A stretch of 64,000 nucleotides of DNA from Eledone cirrhosa (GCA_964016885.1 OZ024743.1:215202001-215266000); one strand, 5' to 3'; numbered from the stretch's first letter, positions 12,936-27,462 are shown. Notes: generated from the sequence alone by a model not told the origin. Made by a program: numbers and translations.

Positions 12936-15659
12936 TTAATTGTAAGTTGTGATGTTGCTGTTCCACTCATATTTTCTATTTAATTTTGGTTTTAATTCTT
13001 TTATGCTTACTGCCTCTGTAATTTGCCTAAACATTGCGTCTTTCTTGTGTGTGGATTCTATTTTTATTTCTATGCTCTCTAATTTACCCCTGTGTTCTAT
13101 CTTAGCATGTTGGTAGAGCACAGATGATTCTTTACTATCTTGGAGGTCTCGCCAGTGTTCATTTATTCGTTCCCCTATACTACGAGCTGTCTCACCTATG
13201 TACACTATATTTTTGTTTCTACATTGTCCCTCAGTACATCTTATGCTATATACTACATTTCTAGTTTTACAGTTAATATGGGGGCTTATTTTACAGGTTA
13301 TACATTTCTTATCTATACATGAGGGTCTTTGGAACGGGTATGTCTTGCTAATAAGTGTTTTTACGGAGGTACCAGGTCTTTCTACTATCTTAATATTGAG
13401 ATTATGTTTCTTTAGGGCCCTTCTAAATTTGTAGGCTAGTTCACCTCTAGGGGTTGTATTGATGAACATTACACTCTGGTATTTATTGCTATCATACCAT
13501 GAGTTTATTCTATTGGCCTTGTTCTTAGTTCTTTCTATTCTATTCCAAAATTTGCTCCTATACAAGGGGCAGGTCCCATTTATGTCATTATTTACAATTT
13601 TTTCCCATTTGGTTTCTGGCTCCTTTATACACTCTGATTCTATCTCTCTGATTGTAGCCAGAGAACTGCATACGGTGGATGAAGTGTTGTATGTGTCTCT
13701 CTAGTTCTTCGGGGTTGCACATGCGGGACACATTTCTCATCACCCGTATCAAATCCGCAATCAGTATGTTGATTTTGGTATGGTCCGAAATGGCCGAGTT
13801 TCGGTGGATCAGATGTTTGGAAGTCATGGGTTTGGCATAATGGGAATGGAGGATTTGTTTTTGGTTGTTAATAGTATCTAACCAGAGCTCTGTGTCTAGT
13901 ACAGGTAATCGATGGTTGGGGTGTCTACTTGGGTAGTCTATAGTAACTCTAATGCTCTGGTGGATGGAGTTTGCTATTTGCTGGATGCTTTCCATTGTGT
14001 TTTTCTCAGGTTCCTGACTGTTCTTTAGTGGGGGTGTCTTAACTACGATGTTTATATCATCTACGTAGCGGGAGTACATTATCAGGGTTAATCTGTCTTC
14101 TAATTGTTCTTTAAGTTTTTGTTTAAGTCTACTGTCCCACCATACCATGAACAAGTTAGCTATGTCGCCTGCAATGCTAACACCAATGGCTGCTCCTTCC
14201 TCTTGGGCATATGTTTTACCATTAAATTTGAACATATGTTCCTTAAGGGTTAATTTTATGCTGGCCCCTACCGCATGTGCAATCATTTTCTTCAGTTCAT
14301 CGTGGTTTTCGGGTGTCCGTATGGCTCTGGTCCACCCGTTCCATCTATCTGTGTGGGTTTTCTTGGCCATTGAGGTAATGGTAGGTGGTCTGCCTCTTGC
14401 TGGTCTTGTAGGGCACAGGTTGCTAAGGTCATAAGTGTCTAGGTAACTATTACTATGGGTAAGCTTAAGTAGAAGTCCCAGCTCACTGCTATCAATCCCA
14501 CGGAACTCAACCTTGCTCTCGCTGATCATGTCGACGCATTTCTCCACAGCAAAATCCACGTCAATAGATGGATACAGGGACACAACATCCATACTGCCTA
14601 TTATGCAGTTTGTTAGGTCCCCAGATCGGTTACCCGCGTCGATTCTGCTGAGGAGTGCCTCCGTGCTGTCACACACATCTGGGGACATCTCAATGATGGG
14701 GCGTATGATCAGGGAGAGGAAGTAGGACAGTCTGTAGTTACTAGCAATGTTAGCCCCACAGACTGGCCGTGTTGGTGGTCCCGCGACAGGGTCCCAGCCC
14801 GTTTTATGGTCTTTTCGAAGCCCATACAACGCCGGCACGTCATTGTTCCAGGCCTGGAAGTTGTTGGCAGTCCTTTTGTTGGGCTGCATTATATTTGTCC
14901 ACATCACCATATGGGCATTGAGGGTTTTTTCTCTGTCCTCATGCTCCTGTGGTGTTACCTCTCTTGTGTTAGTGATGTGGGGTTGCATTGCCTGGATGTA
15001 GTTTGGCAGGCTGTCAACCGACATTCTGCCAGACTTGTCTGTTGGAAAGCATGCTATCTCTCCATTACGCGAGCGCTGCATGAGCTTACGCAAGCCATTT
15101 GCAGATTCCTCTCCCAGTTGCTGGGCCTCTATTCTATTATGCTTCTTGCTATACTGTTCTATAATATTTCTAAGTTCGGATTTAGCTATACTAAATTGTG
15201 CTTCTGTTTGTTCATCGACCTGCGACGGCAACTGCGTGCGTTTGTTAAATGGCAAAGTCGTGGCGTGGACTCGTCGTAGGTCGAATGATTTATCGGAGTG
15301 GTTATAAAACGGAGAGTTCCAGGCTGCTGCTTTATGTGTACTTGCGCTATTGTTAGTTGTGTTGTTTCTATTTCCACCAACAGCAGCAGCCTCAGCTTCA
15401 TGGTTGTTTCTATGTCTCTCATAATTACTCCTGTCTCTTTCCACTGGCTCAATGTTGTTATCTACCCTATTTTGTGTGTCTGTGTGTTCGTCTTGGTTAT
15501 TCTCTTTGTCCTTAGTCTCCCTACTCCTTTTAATCCTATTACTTTCTCTTATTTCTCTGATTTCTGTGCTACTGTCATTACTTGTTTTCTGTGTCTGTGT
15601 GTTTGTTAAGATTGTAGTGGTGGTGAGAGGCATTGAATGTGTGTGTGTTGTTGTTGTTG
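12936..15659 (-). pseudogene. 5'-truncated PLE RT/GIY-YIG ORF, one frameshift near 13615
   Basis: Track ORFs 13588-15675 (RT: MDVVSLYPS, YSRYVDD) and 12936-13565 (VVY...YIGETARS...ER..EH...RQITEAVSI...LN). Starts at the position equivalent to 17427. Confidence 0.92.
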
Positions 15660-15863
15660 GATAGTAAAGAATCATCTGTGCTCTACCAACATGCTAAGAT
15701 AGAACACAGGGGTAAATTAGAGAGCATAGAAATAAAAATAGAATCCACACACAAGAAAGACGCAATGTTTAGGCAAATTACAGAGGCAGTAAGCATAAAA
15801 GAATTAAAACCAAAATTAAATAGAAAATATGAGTGGAACAGCAACATCACAACTTACAATTAA
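15660..15863 (+). pseudogene. 3' fragment of PLE ORF (end of GIY-YIG domain)
   Basis: DSKESSVLYQHAKIEH...RQITEAVSIKELKPKLNRKYEW; starts at the position equivalent to 19946. Confidence 0.9.
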
Positions 15864-16345
15864 GGACAAAATGAAAACACACACACACATATATAAACAA
15901 CTTACAATTGAAAACACACACAAAATGAAAACACACACAAGACAAAATGAAAACACACACACACATAGAACAAACAACCAACCAACAATAAATAAATAAA
16001 TAAACAAACAAATATAAATATAAAAATAGAAAAATAGAAAAATGAACACAAACACACACAGACACCCGGATGTGGCGCATGCGCAAACTGAGCACGCAAC
16101 CCACACACAAACAAAATGGCGTAGGATAGAAGAAAGGAAAGGCACAGAAACGAAGAAAGAAATCCCCAGTCACTGAAGAGGTCACAGAGTGTGTGACGAA
16201 AGAACTATGACTATATATATATAAACAACTATCTGGTTGTGGAACCAACCAACCAACCAGAAATTTATAAATTTGTAAATTTATAAATATATATTAAATT
16301 AAATTGAAGTGAAAGCAACTGGTGCGTGTGTTTCTTATTGGCAAC
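15864..16345 (+). repeat. Family A pseudo-LTR / inter-ORF spacer (also 20132-20613, 24434-24916; inverted 12454-12935)
   Basis: ~480 nt identical between units: AC-rich tract, HHR, ctggtt...aaccag hairpin, AT-rich hairpin, then CAAC-ATG. Confidence 0.9.
16168..16212 (+). ncRNA. Minimal type I hammerhead ribozyme (family A pseudo-LTR)
   Basis: agtca CTGAAGA g gtcaca-gagtg-tgtgac GAAA gaac TA tgact: 5-bp stem I, 6-bp stem II, predicted cleavage after CUA at 16207. Confidence 0.78.
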
Positions 16346-19300
16346 ATGACCCTCCCAAAGTATAACAATATCGGTTTCAACACACGATTTCAGATAAAGA
16401 ATCTTGCTAAACAAATTCAGAAACGAAATATCGTAAGCCTTAGCCAGGCTAACAAGATACTGAAAACCACCATGTTCTGTTGTCTACGAAAAACCATAAC
16501 ATCTCGACAACTACACTTCATAAAACTGTGCACCACTTCTAGAATCTACACCAACACCATCAATACCGACGTTAGAAGATTACAACTCACCAAAAAACAA
16601 GCAGATAGGCTAAAACGAACTTTAATTCTAAACATAAAAAAGAAGATCTATAGAGAATTAAGTCATCAAGAAAAACTAAAGCGTAACCTAATAGATGAAA
16701 TATCTAAAATCACCACACCAGCAGAAAAACTAACATTTATAAGCCTTATACGCCCCGAAGAACAGTACATTACTCAAGAATGTAATAAGCACTTTAACAG
16801 AAAATTAAAGTGGCTTAAACAGGCAAAGCTAAATCGGGATACTATAGAGTATACCAATAGATATCCCGACAAAATTGACGGTATCAACATGGCCGACACC
16901 TCATTATCTGAAGAGTTCAACAATGAAAATACCAACATTTATGGAAACACGAAAATAGATAGTAATGAAATGTCTGTGTTACGTTTGCCACCCAAATTTG
17001 CGACATTCAAGAAGGTAAATATGATTAGTTGTCTGTCAGAAATAGAAAAATCATTTACGAAACTACGCTGGAGCATCAAAAACAAAAACAAAAGCAACAA
17101 TATACGCACACACATATACAACACACATCCCAACAACAACAGACACACAGACACAAACAATAACAACAACAATAGCAACATACCCAGATACAATACCAAC
17201 AATAGCAACATACCCAGATACAACAGACACGCAGACACAAACAACAATAACAACACACACGGAGACAACAATAACAACAACACACACATCAACAACAACA
17301 ACAACAGCAACATACCCAGATACAACAACAACAGACACGCAAACACAAACAACAATAACAACACACACAACAACGATAACACACACACACACGGAGACAA
17401 CAACACACATCAACAACAACACACATCAACAACAACAACACACACACATTCAATGCCTCTCACCACCACTACAATCTTAACAAACACACAGACACAGAAA
17501 ACAAGTAATGACAGTAGCACAGAAATCAGAGAAATAAGAGAAAGTAATAGGATTAAAAGGAGTAGGGAGACTAAGGACAAAGAGAATAACCAAGACGAAC
17601 ACACAGACACACAAAATAGGGTAGATAACAACATTGAGCCAGTGGAAAGAGACAGGAGTAATTATGAGAGACATAGAAACAACCATGAAGCTGAGGCTGC
17701 TGCTGTTGGTGGAAATAGAAACAACACAACTAACAATAGCGCAAGTACACATAAAGCAGCAGCCTGGAACTCTCCGTTTTATAACCACTCCGATAAATCA
17801 TTCGACCTACGACGAGTCCACGCCACGACTTTGCCATTTAACAAACGCACGCAGTTGCCGTCGCAGGTCGATGAACAAACAGAAGCACAATTTAGTATAG
17901 CTAAATCCGAACTTAGAAATATTATAGAACAGTATAGCAAGAAGCATAATAGAATAGAGGCCCAGCAACTGGGAGAGGAATCTGCAAAGGGCTTGCGTAA
18001 GCTCATGCAGCGCTCGCGTAATGGAGAGATAGCATGCTTTCCAACAGACAAGTCTGGCAGAATGTCGGTTGACAGCCTGCCAAACTACATCCAGGCAATG
18101 CAACCCCACATCACTAACACAAGAGAGGTAACACCACAGGAGCATGAGGACAGAGAAAAAACCCTCAATGCCCATATGGTGATGTGGACAAATATAATGC
18201 AGCCCAACAAAAGGACTGCCAACAACTTCCAGGCCTGGAACAATGACGTGCCGGCGTTGTATGGGCTTCGAAAAGACCATAAAACGGGCTGGGACCCTGT
18301 CGCGGGACCACCAACACGGCCAGTCTGTGGGGCTAACATTGCTAGTAACTACAGACTGTCCTACTTCCTCTCCCTGATCATACGCCCCATCATTGAGATG
18401 TCCCCAGATGTGTGTGACAGCACGGAGGACCTCCTCAGCAGAATCGACGCGGGTAACCGATCTGGGGACCTAACAAACTGCATAATAGGCAGTATGGATG
18501 TTGTGTCCCTGTATCCATCTATTGACGTGGATTTTGCTGTGGAGAAATGCGTCGAAATGATCAGCGAGAGCAAGGTTGAGTTCCGTGGGATTGATACCAG
18601 TGAGCTGGGACTTCTACTTAAGCTTACCCATAGTAATAGTTACCTAGACACTTATGACCTTAGCAACCTGTGCCCTACAAGACCAGCAAGAGGCAGACCA
18701 CCTACCATTACCTCAATGGCCAAGAAAACCCACACAGATAGATGGAACGGGTGGACCAGAGCCATACGGACACCCGAAAACCACGATGAACTGAAGAAAA
18801 TGATTGCACATGCGGTAGGGGCCAGCATAAAATTAACCCTTAAGGAACATATGTTCAAATTTAATGGTAAAACATATGCCCAAGAGGAAGGAGCAGCCAT
18901 TGGTGTTAGCATTGCAGGCGACATAGCTAACTTGTTCATGGTATGGTGGGACAGGAGACTTAAACAAAAACTTAAAGAACAATTAGAAGACAGATTAACC
19001 CTGATAATGTACTCCCGCTACGTAGATGATATAAACATCGTAGTTAAGACACCCCCACTAAAGAACAGTCAGGAACCTGAGAAAAACACAATGGAAAGCA
19101 TCCAGCAAATAGCAAACTCCATCCACCAGAGCATTAGAGTTACTATAGACTACCCAAGTAGACACCCCAACCATCGATTACCTGTACTAGACACAGAGCT
19201 CTGGTTAGATACTATTAACAACCAAAAACAAATCCTCCATTCCCATTATGCCAAACCCATGACTTCCAAACATCTGATCCACCGAAACTCGGCCATTTCG

Positions 19301-20131
19301 GACCATACCAAAATCAACATACTGATTGCGGATTTGATACGGGTGATGAGAAATGTGTCCCGCATGTGCAACCCCGAAGAACTAGAGAGACACATACAAC
19401 ACTTCATCCACCGTATGCAGTTCTCTGGCTACAATCAGAGAGATAGAATCAGAGTGTATAAAGGAGCCAGAACCAAATGGGAAAAAATTGTAAATAATGA
19501 CATAAATGGGACCTGCCCCTTGTATAGGAGCAAATTTTGGAATAGAATAGAAAGAACTAAGAACAAGGCCAATAGAATAAACTCATGGTATGATAGCAAT
19601 AAATACCAGAGTGTAATGTTCATCAATACAACCCCTAGAGGTGAACTAGCCTACAAATTTAGAAGGGCCCTAAAGAAACATAATCTCAATATTAAGATAG
19701 TAGAAAGACCTGGTACCTCCGTAAAAACACTTATTAGCAAGACATACCCGTTCCAAAGACCCTCATGTATAGATAAGAAATGTATAACCTGTAAAATAAG
19801 CCCCCATATTAACTGTAAAACTAGAAATGTAGTATATAGCATAAGATGTACTGAGGGACAATGTAGAAACAAAAATATAGTGTACATAGGTGAGACAGCT
19901 CGTAGTATAGGGGAACGAATAAATGAACACTGGCGAGACCTCCAAGATAGTAAAGAATCATCTGTGCTCTACCAACATGCTAAGATAGAACACAGGGGTA
20001 AATTAGAGAGCATAGAAATAAAAATAGAATCCACACACAAGAAAGACGCAATGTTTAGGCACATAAAAGAATTAAAACCAAAATTAAATAGAAAATATGA
20101 GTGGAACAGCAACATCACAACTTACAATTAA
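16346..20131 (+). CDS. Penelope-like element polyprotein: RT + Cys-rich linker + GIY-YIG endonuclease (1261 aa from ATG)
   Basis: Open frame from CAAC-ATG (MTLPKYNN); motifs PTDKSG, RPV, MDVVSLYPS, GAAIG, YSRYVDD, LPVLD, CxxxxCxxC linker, VVY..C...C...YIGETARS, ERINEH, H...H, LN. Carries an 18-nt in-frame deletion in the endonuclease. Confidence 0.93.
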   Translation: MTLPKYNNIGFNTRFQIKNLAKQIQKRNIVSLSQANKILKTTMFCCLRKTITSRQLHFIKLCTTSRIYTNTINTDVRRLQLTKKQADRLKRTLILNIKKKIYRELSHQEKLKRNLIDEISKITTPAEKLTFISLIRPEEQYITQECNKHFNRKLKWLKQAKLNRDTIEYTNRYPDKIDGINMADTSLSEEFNNENTNIYGNTKIDSNEMSVLRLPPKFATFKKVNMISCLSEIEKSFTKLRWSIKNKNKSNNIRTHIYNTHPNNNRHTDTNNNNNNSNIPRYNTNNSNIPRYNRHADTNNNNNTHGDNNNNNTHINNNNNSNIPRYNNNRHANTNNNNNTHNNDNTHTHGDNNTHQQQHTSTTTTHTHSMPLTTTTILTNTQTQKTSNDSSTEIREIRESNRIKRSRETKDKENNQDEHTDTQNRVDNNIEPVERDRSNYERHRNNHEAEAAAVGGNRNNTTNNSASTHKAAAWNSPFYNHSDKSFDLRRVHATTLPFNKRTQLPSQVDEQTEAQFSIAKSELRNIIEQYSKKHNRIEAQQLGEESAKGLRKLMQRSRNGEIACFPTDKSGRMSVDSLPNYIQAMQPHITNTREVTPQEHEDREKTLNAHMVMWTNIMQPNKRTANNFQAWNNDVPALYGLRKDHKTGWDPVAGPPTRPVCGANIASNYRLSYFLSLIIRPIIEMSPDVCDSTEDLLSRIDAGNRSGDLTNCIIGSMDVVSLYPSIDVDFAVEKCVEMISESKVEFRGIDTSELGLLLKLTHSNSYLDTYDLSNLCPTRPARGRPPTITSMAKKTHTDRWNGWTRAIRTPENHDELKKMIAHAVGASIKLTLKEHMFKFNGKTYAQEEGAAIGVSIAGDIANLFMVWWDRRLKQKLKEQLEDRLTLIMYSRYVDDINIVVKTPPLKNSQEPEKNTMESIQQIANSIHQSIRVTIDYPSRHPNHRLPVLDTELWLDTINNQKQILHSHYAKPMTSKHLIHRNSAISDHTKINILIADLIRVMRNVSRMCNPEELERHIQHFIHRMQFSGYNQRDRIRVYKGARTKWEKIVNNDINGTCPLYRSKFWNRIERTKNKANRINSWYDSNKYQSVMFINTTPRGELAYKFRRALKKHNLNIKIVERPGTSVKTLISKTYPFQRPSCIDKKCITCKISPHINCKTRNVVYSIRCTEGQCRNKNIVYIGETARSIGERINEHWRDLQDSKESSVLYQHAKIEHRGKLESIEIKIESTHKKDAMFRHIKELKPKLNRKYEWNSNITTYN

Positions 20132-20435
20132 GGACAAAATGAAAACACACACACACATATATAAACAACTTACAATTGAAAACACACACAAAATGAAAAC
20201 ACACACAAGACAAAATGAAAACACACACACACATAGAACAAACAACCAACCAACAATAAATAAATAAATAAACAAACAAATATAAATATAAAAATAGAAA
20301 AATAGAAAAATGAACACAAACACACACAGACACCCGGATGTGGCGCATGCGCAAACTGAGCACGCAACCCACACACAAACAAAATGGCGTAGGATAGAAG
20401 AAAGGAAAGGCACAGAAACGAAGAAAGAAATCCCC

Positions 20436-20480
20436 AGTCACTGAAGAGGTCACAGAGTGTGTGACGAAAGAACTATGACT
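20436..20480 (+). ncRNA. Minimal type I hammerhead ribozyme (family A pseudo-LTR)
   Basis: Identical to 16168-16212. Confidence 0.78.
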
Positions 20481-20613
20481 ATATATATATAAACAACTAT
20501 CTGGTTGTGGAACCAACCAACCAACCAGAAATTTATAAATTTGTAAATTTATAAATATATATTAAATTAAATTGAAGTGAAAGCAACTGGTGCGTGTGTT
20601 TCTTATTGGCAAC

Positions 20614-23600
20614 ATGACCCTCCCAAAGTATAACAATATCGGTTTCAACACACGATTTCAGATAAAGAATCTTGCTAAACAAATTCAGAAACGAAATATC
20701 GTAAGCCTTAGCCAGGCTAACAAGATACTGAAAACCACCATGTTCTGTTGTCTACGAAAAACCATAACATCTCGACAACTACACTTCATAAAACTGTGCA
20801 CCACTTCTAGAATCTACACCAACACCATCAATACCGACGTTAGAAGATTACAACTCACCAAAAAACAAGCAGATAGGCTAAAACGAACTTTAATTCTAAA
20901 CATAAAAAAGAAGATCTATAGAGAATTAAGTCATCAAGAAAAACTAAAGCGTAACCTAATAGATGAAATATCTAAAATCACCACACCAGCAGAAAAACTA
21001 ACATGTATAAGCCTTATACGCCCCGAAGAACAGTACATTACTCAAGAATGTAATAAGCACTTTAACAGAAAATTAAAGTGGCTTAAACAGGCAAAGCTAA
21101 ATCGGGATACTATAGAGTATACCAATAGATATCCCGACAAAATTGACGGTATCAACATGGCCGACACCTCATTATCTGAAGAGTTCAACAATGAAAATAC
21201 CAACATTTATGGAAACACGAAAATAGATAGTAATGAAATGTCTGTGTTACGTTTGCCACCCAAATTTGCGACATTCAAGAAGGTAAATATGATTAGTTGT
21301 CTGTCAGAAATAGAAAAATCATTTACGAAACTACGCTGGAGCATCAAAAACAAAAACAAAAGCAACAATATACGCACACACATATACAACACACATCCCA
21401 ACAACAACAGACACACAGACACAAACAATAACAACAACAATAGCAACATACCCAGATACAATACCAACAATAGCAACATACCCAGATACAACAGACACGC
21501 AGACACAAACAACAATAACAACACACACGGAGACAACAATAACAACAACACACACATCAACAACAACAACAACAGCAACATACCCAGATACAACAACAAC
21601 AGACACGCAAACACAAACAACAATAACAACACACACAACAACGATAACACACACACACACGGAGACAACAACACACATCAACAACAACACACATCAACAA
21701 CAACAACACACACACATTCAATGCCTCTCACCACCACTACAATCTTAACAAACACACAGACACAGAAAACAAGTAATGACAGTAGCACAGAAATCAGAGA
21801 AATAAGAGAAAGTAATAGGATTAAAAGGAGTAGGGAGACTAAGGACAAAGAGAATAACCAAGACGAACACACAGACACACAAAATAGGGTAGATAACAAC
21901 ATTGAGCCAGTGGAAAGAGACAGGAGTAATTATGAGAGACATAGAAACAACCATGAAGCTGAGGCTGCTGCTGTTGGTGGAAATAGAAACAACACAACTA
22001 ACAATAGCGCAAGTACACATAAAGCAGCAGCCTGGAACTCTCCGTTTTATAACCACTCCGATAAATCATTCGACCTACGACGAGTCCACGCCACGACTTT
22101 GCCATTTAACAAACGCACGCAGTTGCCGTCGCAGGTCGATGAACAAACAGAAGCACAATTTAGTATAGCTAAATCCGAACTTAGAAATATTATAGAAACA
22201 GTATAGCAAGAAGCATCATAATAGAATAGAGGCCCAGCAACTGGGGAGAGGAATCTGCAAATGGCTTGCGTAAGCTCATGCAGAGCTCGCGTAATGGAGA
22301 GATAGCATGCTTTCCAACAGACAAGTCTGGCAGAATGTCGGTTGACAGCCTGCCAAACTACATCCAGGCAATGCAACCCCACATCACTAACACAAGAGAG
22401 GTAACACCACAGGAACATGAGGACAGAGAAAAAAACCCTCAATGCCCATTATGGTGATGTGGACAAATATAATGCAGCCCAACAAAAGGACTGCCAACAA
22501 CTTCCAGGCCTGGAACAATGACGTGCCGGCGTTGTATGGGCTTCGCAAAAGACCATAAAACGGGCTGGGACCCCTGTCGCGGGACCACCAACACGGCCAG
22601 TCTGTGGGGCTAACATTGCTAGTAACTACAGACTGTCCTACTTCCTCTCCCTGATCATACGCCCATCATTGAGATGTCCCCAGATGTGTGTGACAGCACG
22701 GAGGACCCTCCTCAGCAGAATCGACGCGGGGTAACCGATCTGGGGACCTAACAAACTGCATAATAGGCAGTATGGATGTTGTGTCCCTGTATCCATCTAT
22801 TGACGTGGATTTTGCTGTGGAGAAATGCGTCGAAATGATCAGCGAGAGCAAGGTTGAGTTCCGTGGGATTGATACCAGTGAGCTGGGACTTCTACTTAAG
22901 CTTACCCATAGTAATAGTTACCTAGACACTTATGACCTTAGCAACCTGTGCCCTACAAGACCAGCAAGAGGCAGACCACCTACCATTACCTCAATGGCCA
23001 AGAAAACCCACACAGATAGATGGAACGGGTGGACCAGAGCCATACGGACACCCGAAAACCACGATTGAACTGAAGAAAATGATTGCACATGCGGTAGGGG
23101 GCCAGCATAAAATTAACCCTTAAGGAACATATGTTCAAATTTTAATGGTAAAACATATGCCCAAGAGGAAGGAGCAGCCATTGGTGTTAGCATTGCAGGC
23201 GACATAGCTAACTTGTTCATGGTAATGGTGGGACAGTAGACTTAAACAAAAACTTAAAGAACAATTAGAAGACAGATTAACCCTGATAATGTACTCCCGC
23301 TACGTAGATGATATAAACATCGTAGTTAAGACACCCCCACTAAAGAACAGTCAGGAACCTGAGAAAAACACAATGGAAAGCATCCAGCAAATAGCAAACT
23401 CCATCCACCAGAGCATTAGAGTTACTATAGACTACCCAAGTAGACACCCCAACCATCGATTACCTGTACTAGACACAGAGCTCTGGTTAGATACTATTAA
23501 CAACCAAAAACAAATCCTCCATTCCCATTATGCCAAACCCATGACTTCCAAACATCTGATCCACCGGAAACTCGGCCATTTCGGACCATACCAAAATCAA

Positions 23601-24433
23601 CATACTGATTGCGGATTTGATACGGGTGATGAGAAATGTGTCCCGCATGTGCAACCCCGAAGAACTAGAGAGACACATACAACACTTCATCCACCGTATG
23701 CAGTTCTCTGGCTACAATCAGAGAGATAGAATCAGAGTGTATAAAGGAGCCAGAACCAAATGGGAAAAAATTGTAAATAATGACATAAATGGGACCTGCC
23801 CCTTGTATAGGAGCAAATTTTGGAATAGAATAGAAAGAACTAAGAACAAGGCCAATAGAATAAACTCATGGTATGATAGCAATAAATACCAGAGTGTAAT
23901 GTTCATCAATACAACCCCTAGAGGTGAACTAGCCTACAAATTTAGAAGGGCCCTAAAGAAACATAATCTCAATATTAAGATAGTAGAAAGACCTGGTACC
24001 TCCGTAAAAAACACTTATTAGCAAGACATACCCGTTCCAAAGACCCTCATGTATAGATAAGAAATGTATAACCTGTAAAATAAGCCCCCATATTAACTGT
24101 AAAACTAGAAATGTAGTATATAGCATAAGATGTACTGAGGGACAATGTAGAAACAAAAATATAGTGTACATAGGTGAGACAGCTCGTAGTATAGGGGAAC
24201 GAATAAATGAACACTGGCGAGACCTCCAAGATAGTAAAGAATCATCTGTGCTCTACCAACATGCTAAGATAGAACACAGGGGTAAATTAGAGAGCATAGA
24301 AATAAAAATAGAATCCACACACAAGAAAGACGCAATGTTTAGGCAAATTACAGAGGCAGTAAGCATAAAAGAATTAAAACCAAAATTAAATAGAAAATAT
24401 GAGTGGAACAGCAACATCACAACTTACAATTAA
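20614..24433 (+). pseudogene. Second full-length family A ORF, frameshifted after ~22197
   Basis: Colinear with 16346-20131, with many small insertions between ~22197 and ~24012; retains RQITEAVSI. Confidence 0.88.
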
Positions 24434-24737
24434 GGACAAAATGAAAACACACACACACATATATAAACAACTTACAATTGAAAACACACACAAAATGAAA
24501 ACACACACAAGACAAAATGAAAACACACACACACATAGAACAAACAACCAACCAACAATAAATAAATAAATAAACAAACAAATATAAATATAAAAATAGA
24601 AAAATAGAAAAATGAACACAAACACACACAGACACCCGGATGTGGCGCATGCGCAAACTGAGCACGCAACCCACACACAAACAAAATGGCGTAGGATAGA
24701 AGAAAGGAAAGGCACAGAAACGAAGAAAGAAATCCCC

Positions 24738-24782
24738 AGTCACTGAAGAGGTCACAGAGTGTGTGACGAAAGAACTATGACT
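24738..24782 (+). ncRNA. Minimal type I hammerhead ribozyme (family A pseudo-LTR)
   Basis: Identical to 16168-16212. Confidence 0.78.
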
Positions 24783-24997
24783 AATATATATATAAACAAC
24801 TATCTGGTTGTGGAACCAACCAACCAACCAGAAATTTATAAATTTGTAAATTTATAAATATATATTAAATTAAATTGAAGTGAAAGCAACTGGTGCGTGT
24901 GTTTCTTATTGGCAACATGACCCTCCCAAAGTATAACAATATCGGTTTCAACACACGATTTCAGATAAAGAATCTTGCTAAACAAATTCAGAAACGG

Positions 24998-26660
<1,663 letters not shown>

Positions 26661-26794
26661 TATCTTGACTCTGTATTCCGTTTATCTTTCACCGAAAGTG
26701 ATTTTTCATTGCATCTCTTCTTTCCATGATATCCGGACTACATTGAGTTCTTCATAGGGATTGGACACTACCGTAAACTCTTGGTAGATTTATC

Positions 26795-26891
<97 letters not shown>

Positions 26892-26982
26892 CAACATCAA
26901 TGGACCTATTATTTTTATCTAAAGACATTTTTTCCATGTCCATCTCACCCGTCCCCTTAATCTATTTCATTTCTCATTCTAT

Positions 26983-27018
26983 TTTCTCATGAAGGACTAG
27001 TGTCCGAAACCATTAAGA
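26983..27018 (+). ncRNA. Degenerate hammerhead motif
   Basis: CTCATGA a ggac-tagt-gtcc GAAA c...: core G5 mutated, stems I and III weak; lies in a short TA-bounded segment. Confidence 0.3.
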
Positions 27019-27431
27019 CCCTCTTCCTGCTATCTCAAGCGGTAACCTAATATATACCTGCCATATACTGTTCCGATTGTGTTGTTATTTCTGTTTACCT
27101 TTTACATACATATATATATATATATATATATGCAGTATATAGAATGTAGATATATAATTTAACTTTGATAACATTGATTGGTTTCGGCTGGTATCGGCCC
27201 AGACCATGTCAAACTTAATGTCTCCATCAGGCAAAGTCTTTCAAATCAGGTGTTTGGCATAAAGGCTCAATCAAGTAGAAGTAGAGAGTTATTGTTTTCG
27301 GTAACATATTGCGGTGTAGGAACTTACTCCGGTATTTTAGGGAGGAATTCTTCCAGAGACACTTTCAATTTTATGGGAACTGTTTCTGTTTTAATGTGAC
27401 TTAGTGTAAGTTATGATATGCGAGGTTGATT

Positions 27432-27462
<31 letters not shown>

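Noticed and set aside
16322-16345. GTG start given by the ORF track for the PLE protein
   Set aside because: Eukaryotic context; the in-frame CAAC-ATG at 16346 is the plausible start.
27175-27240. Minus-strand CTGATGG...cagccGAAAC motif
   Set aside because: Core mismatch and inconsistent stems; at best a decayed HHR.
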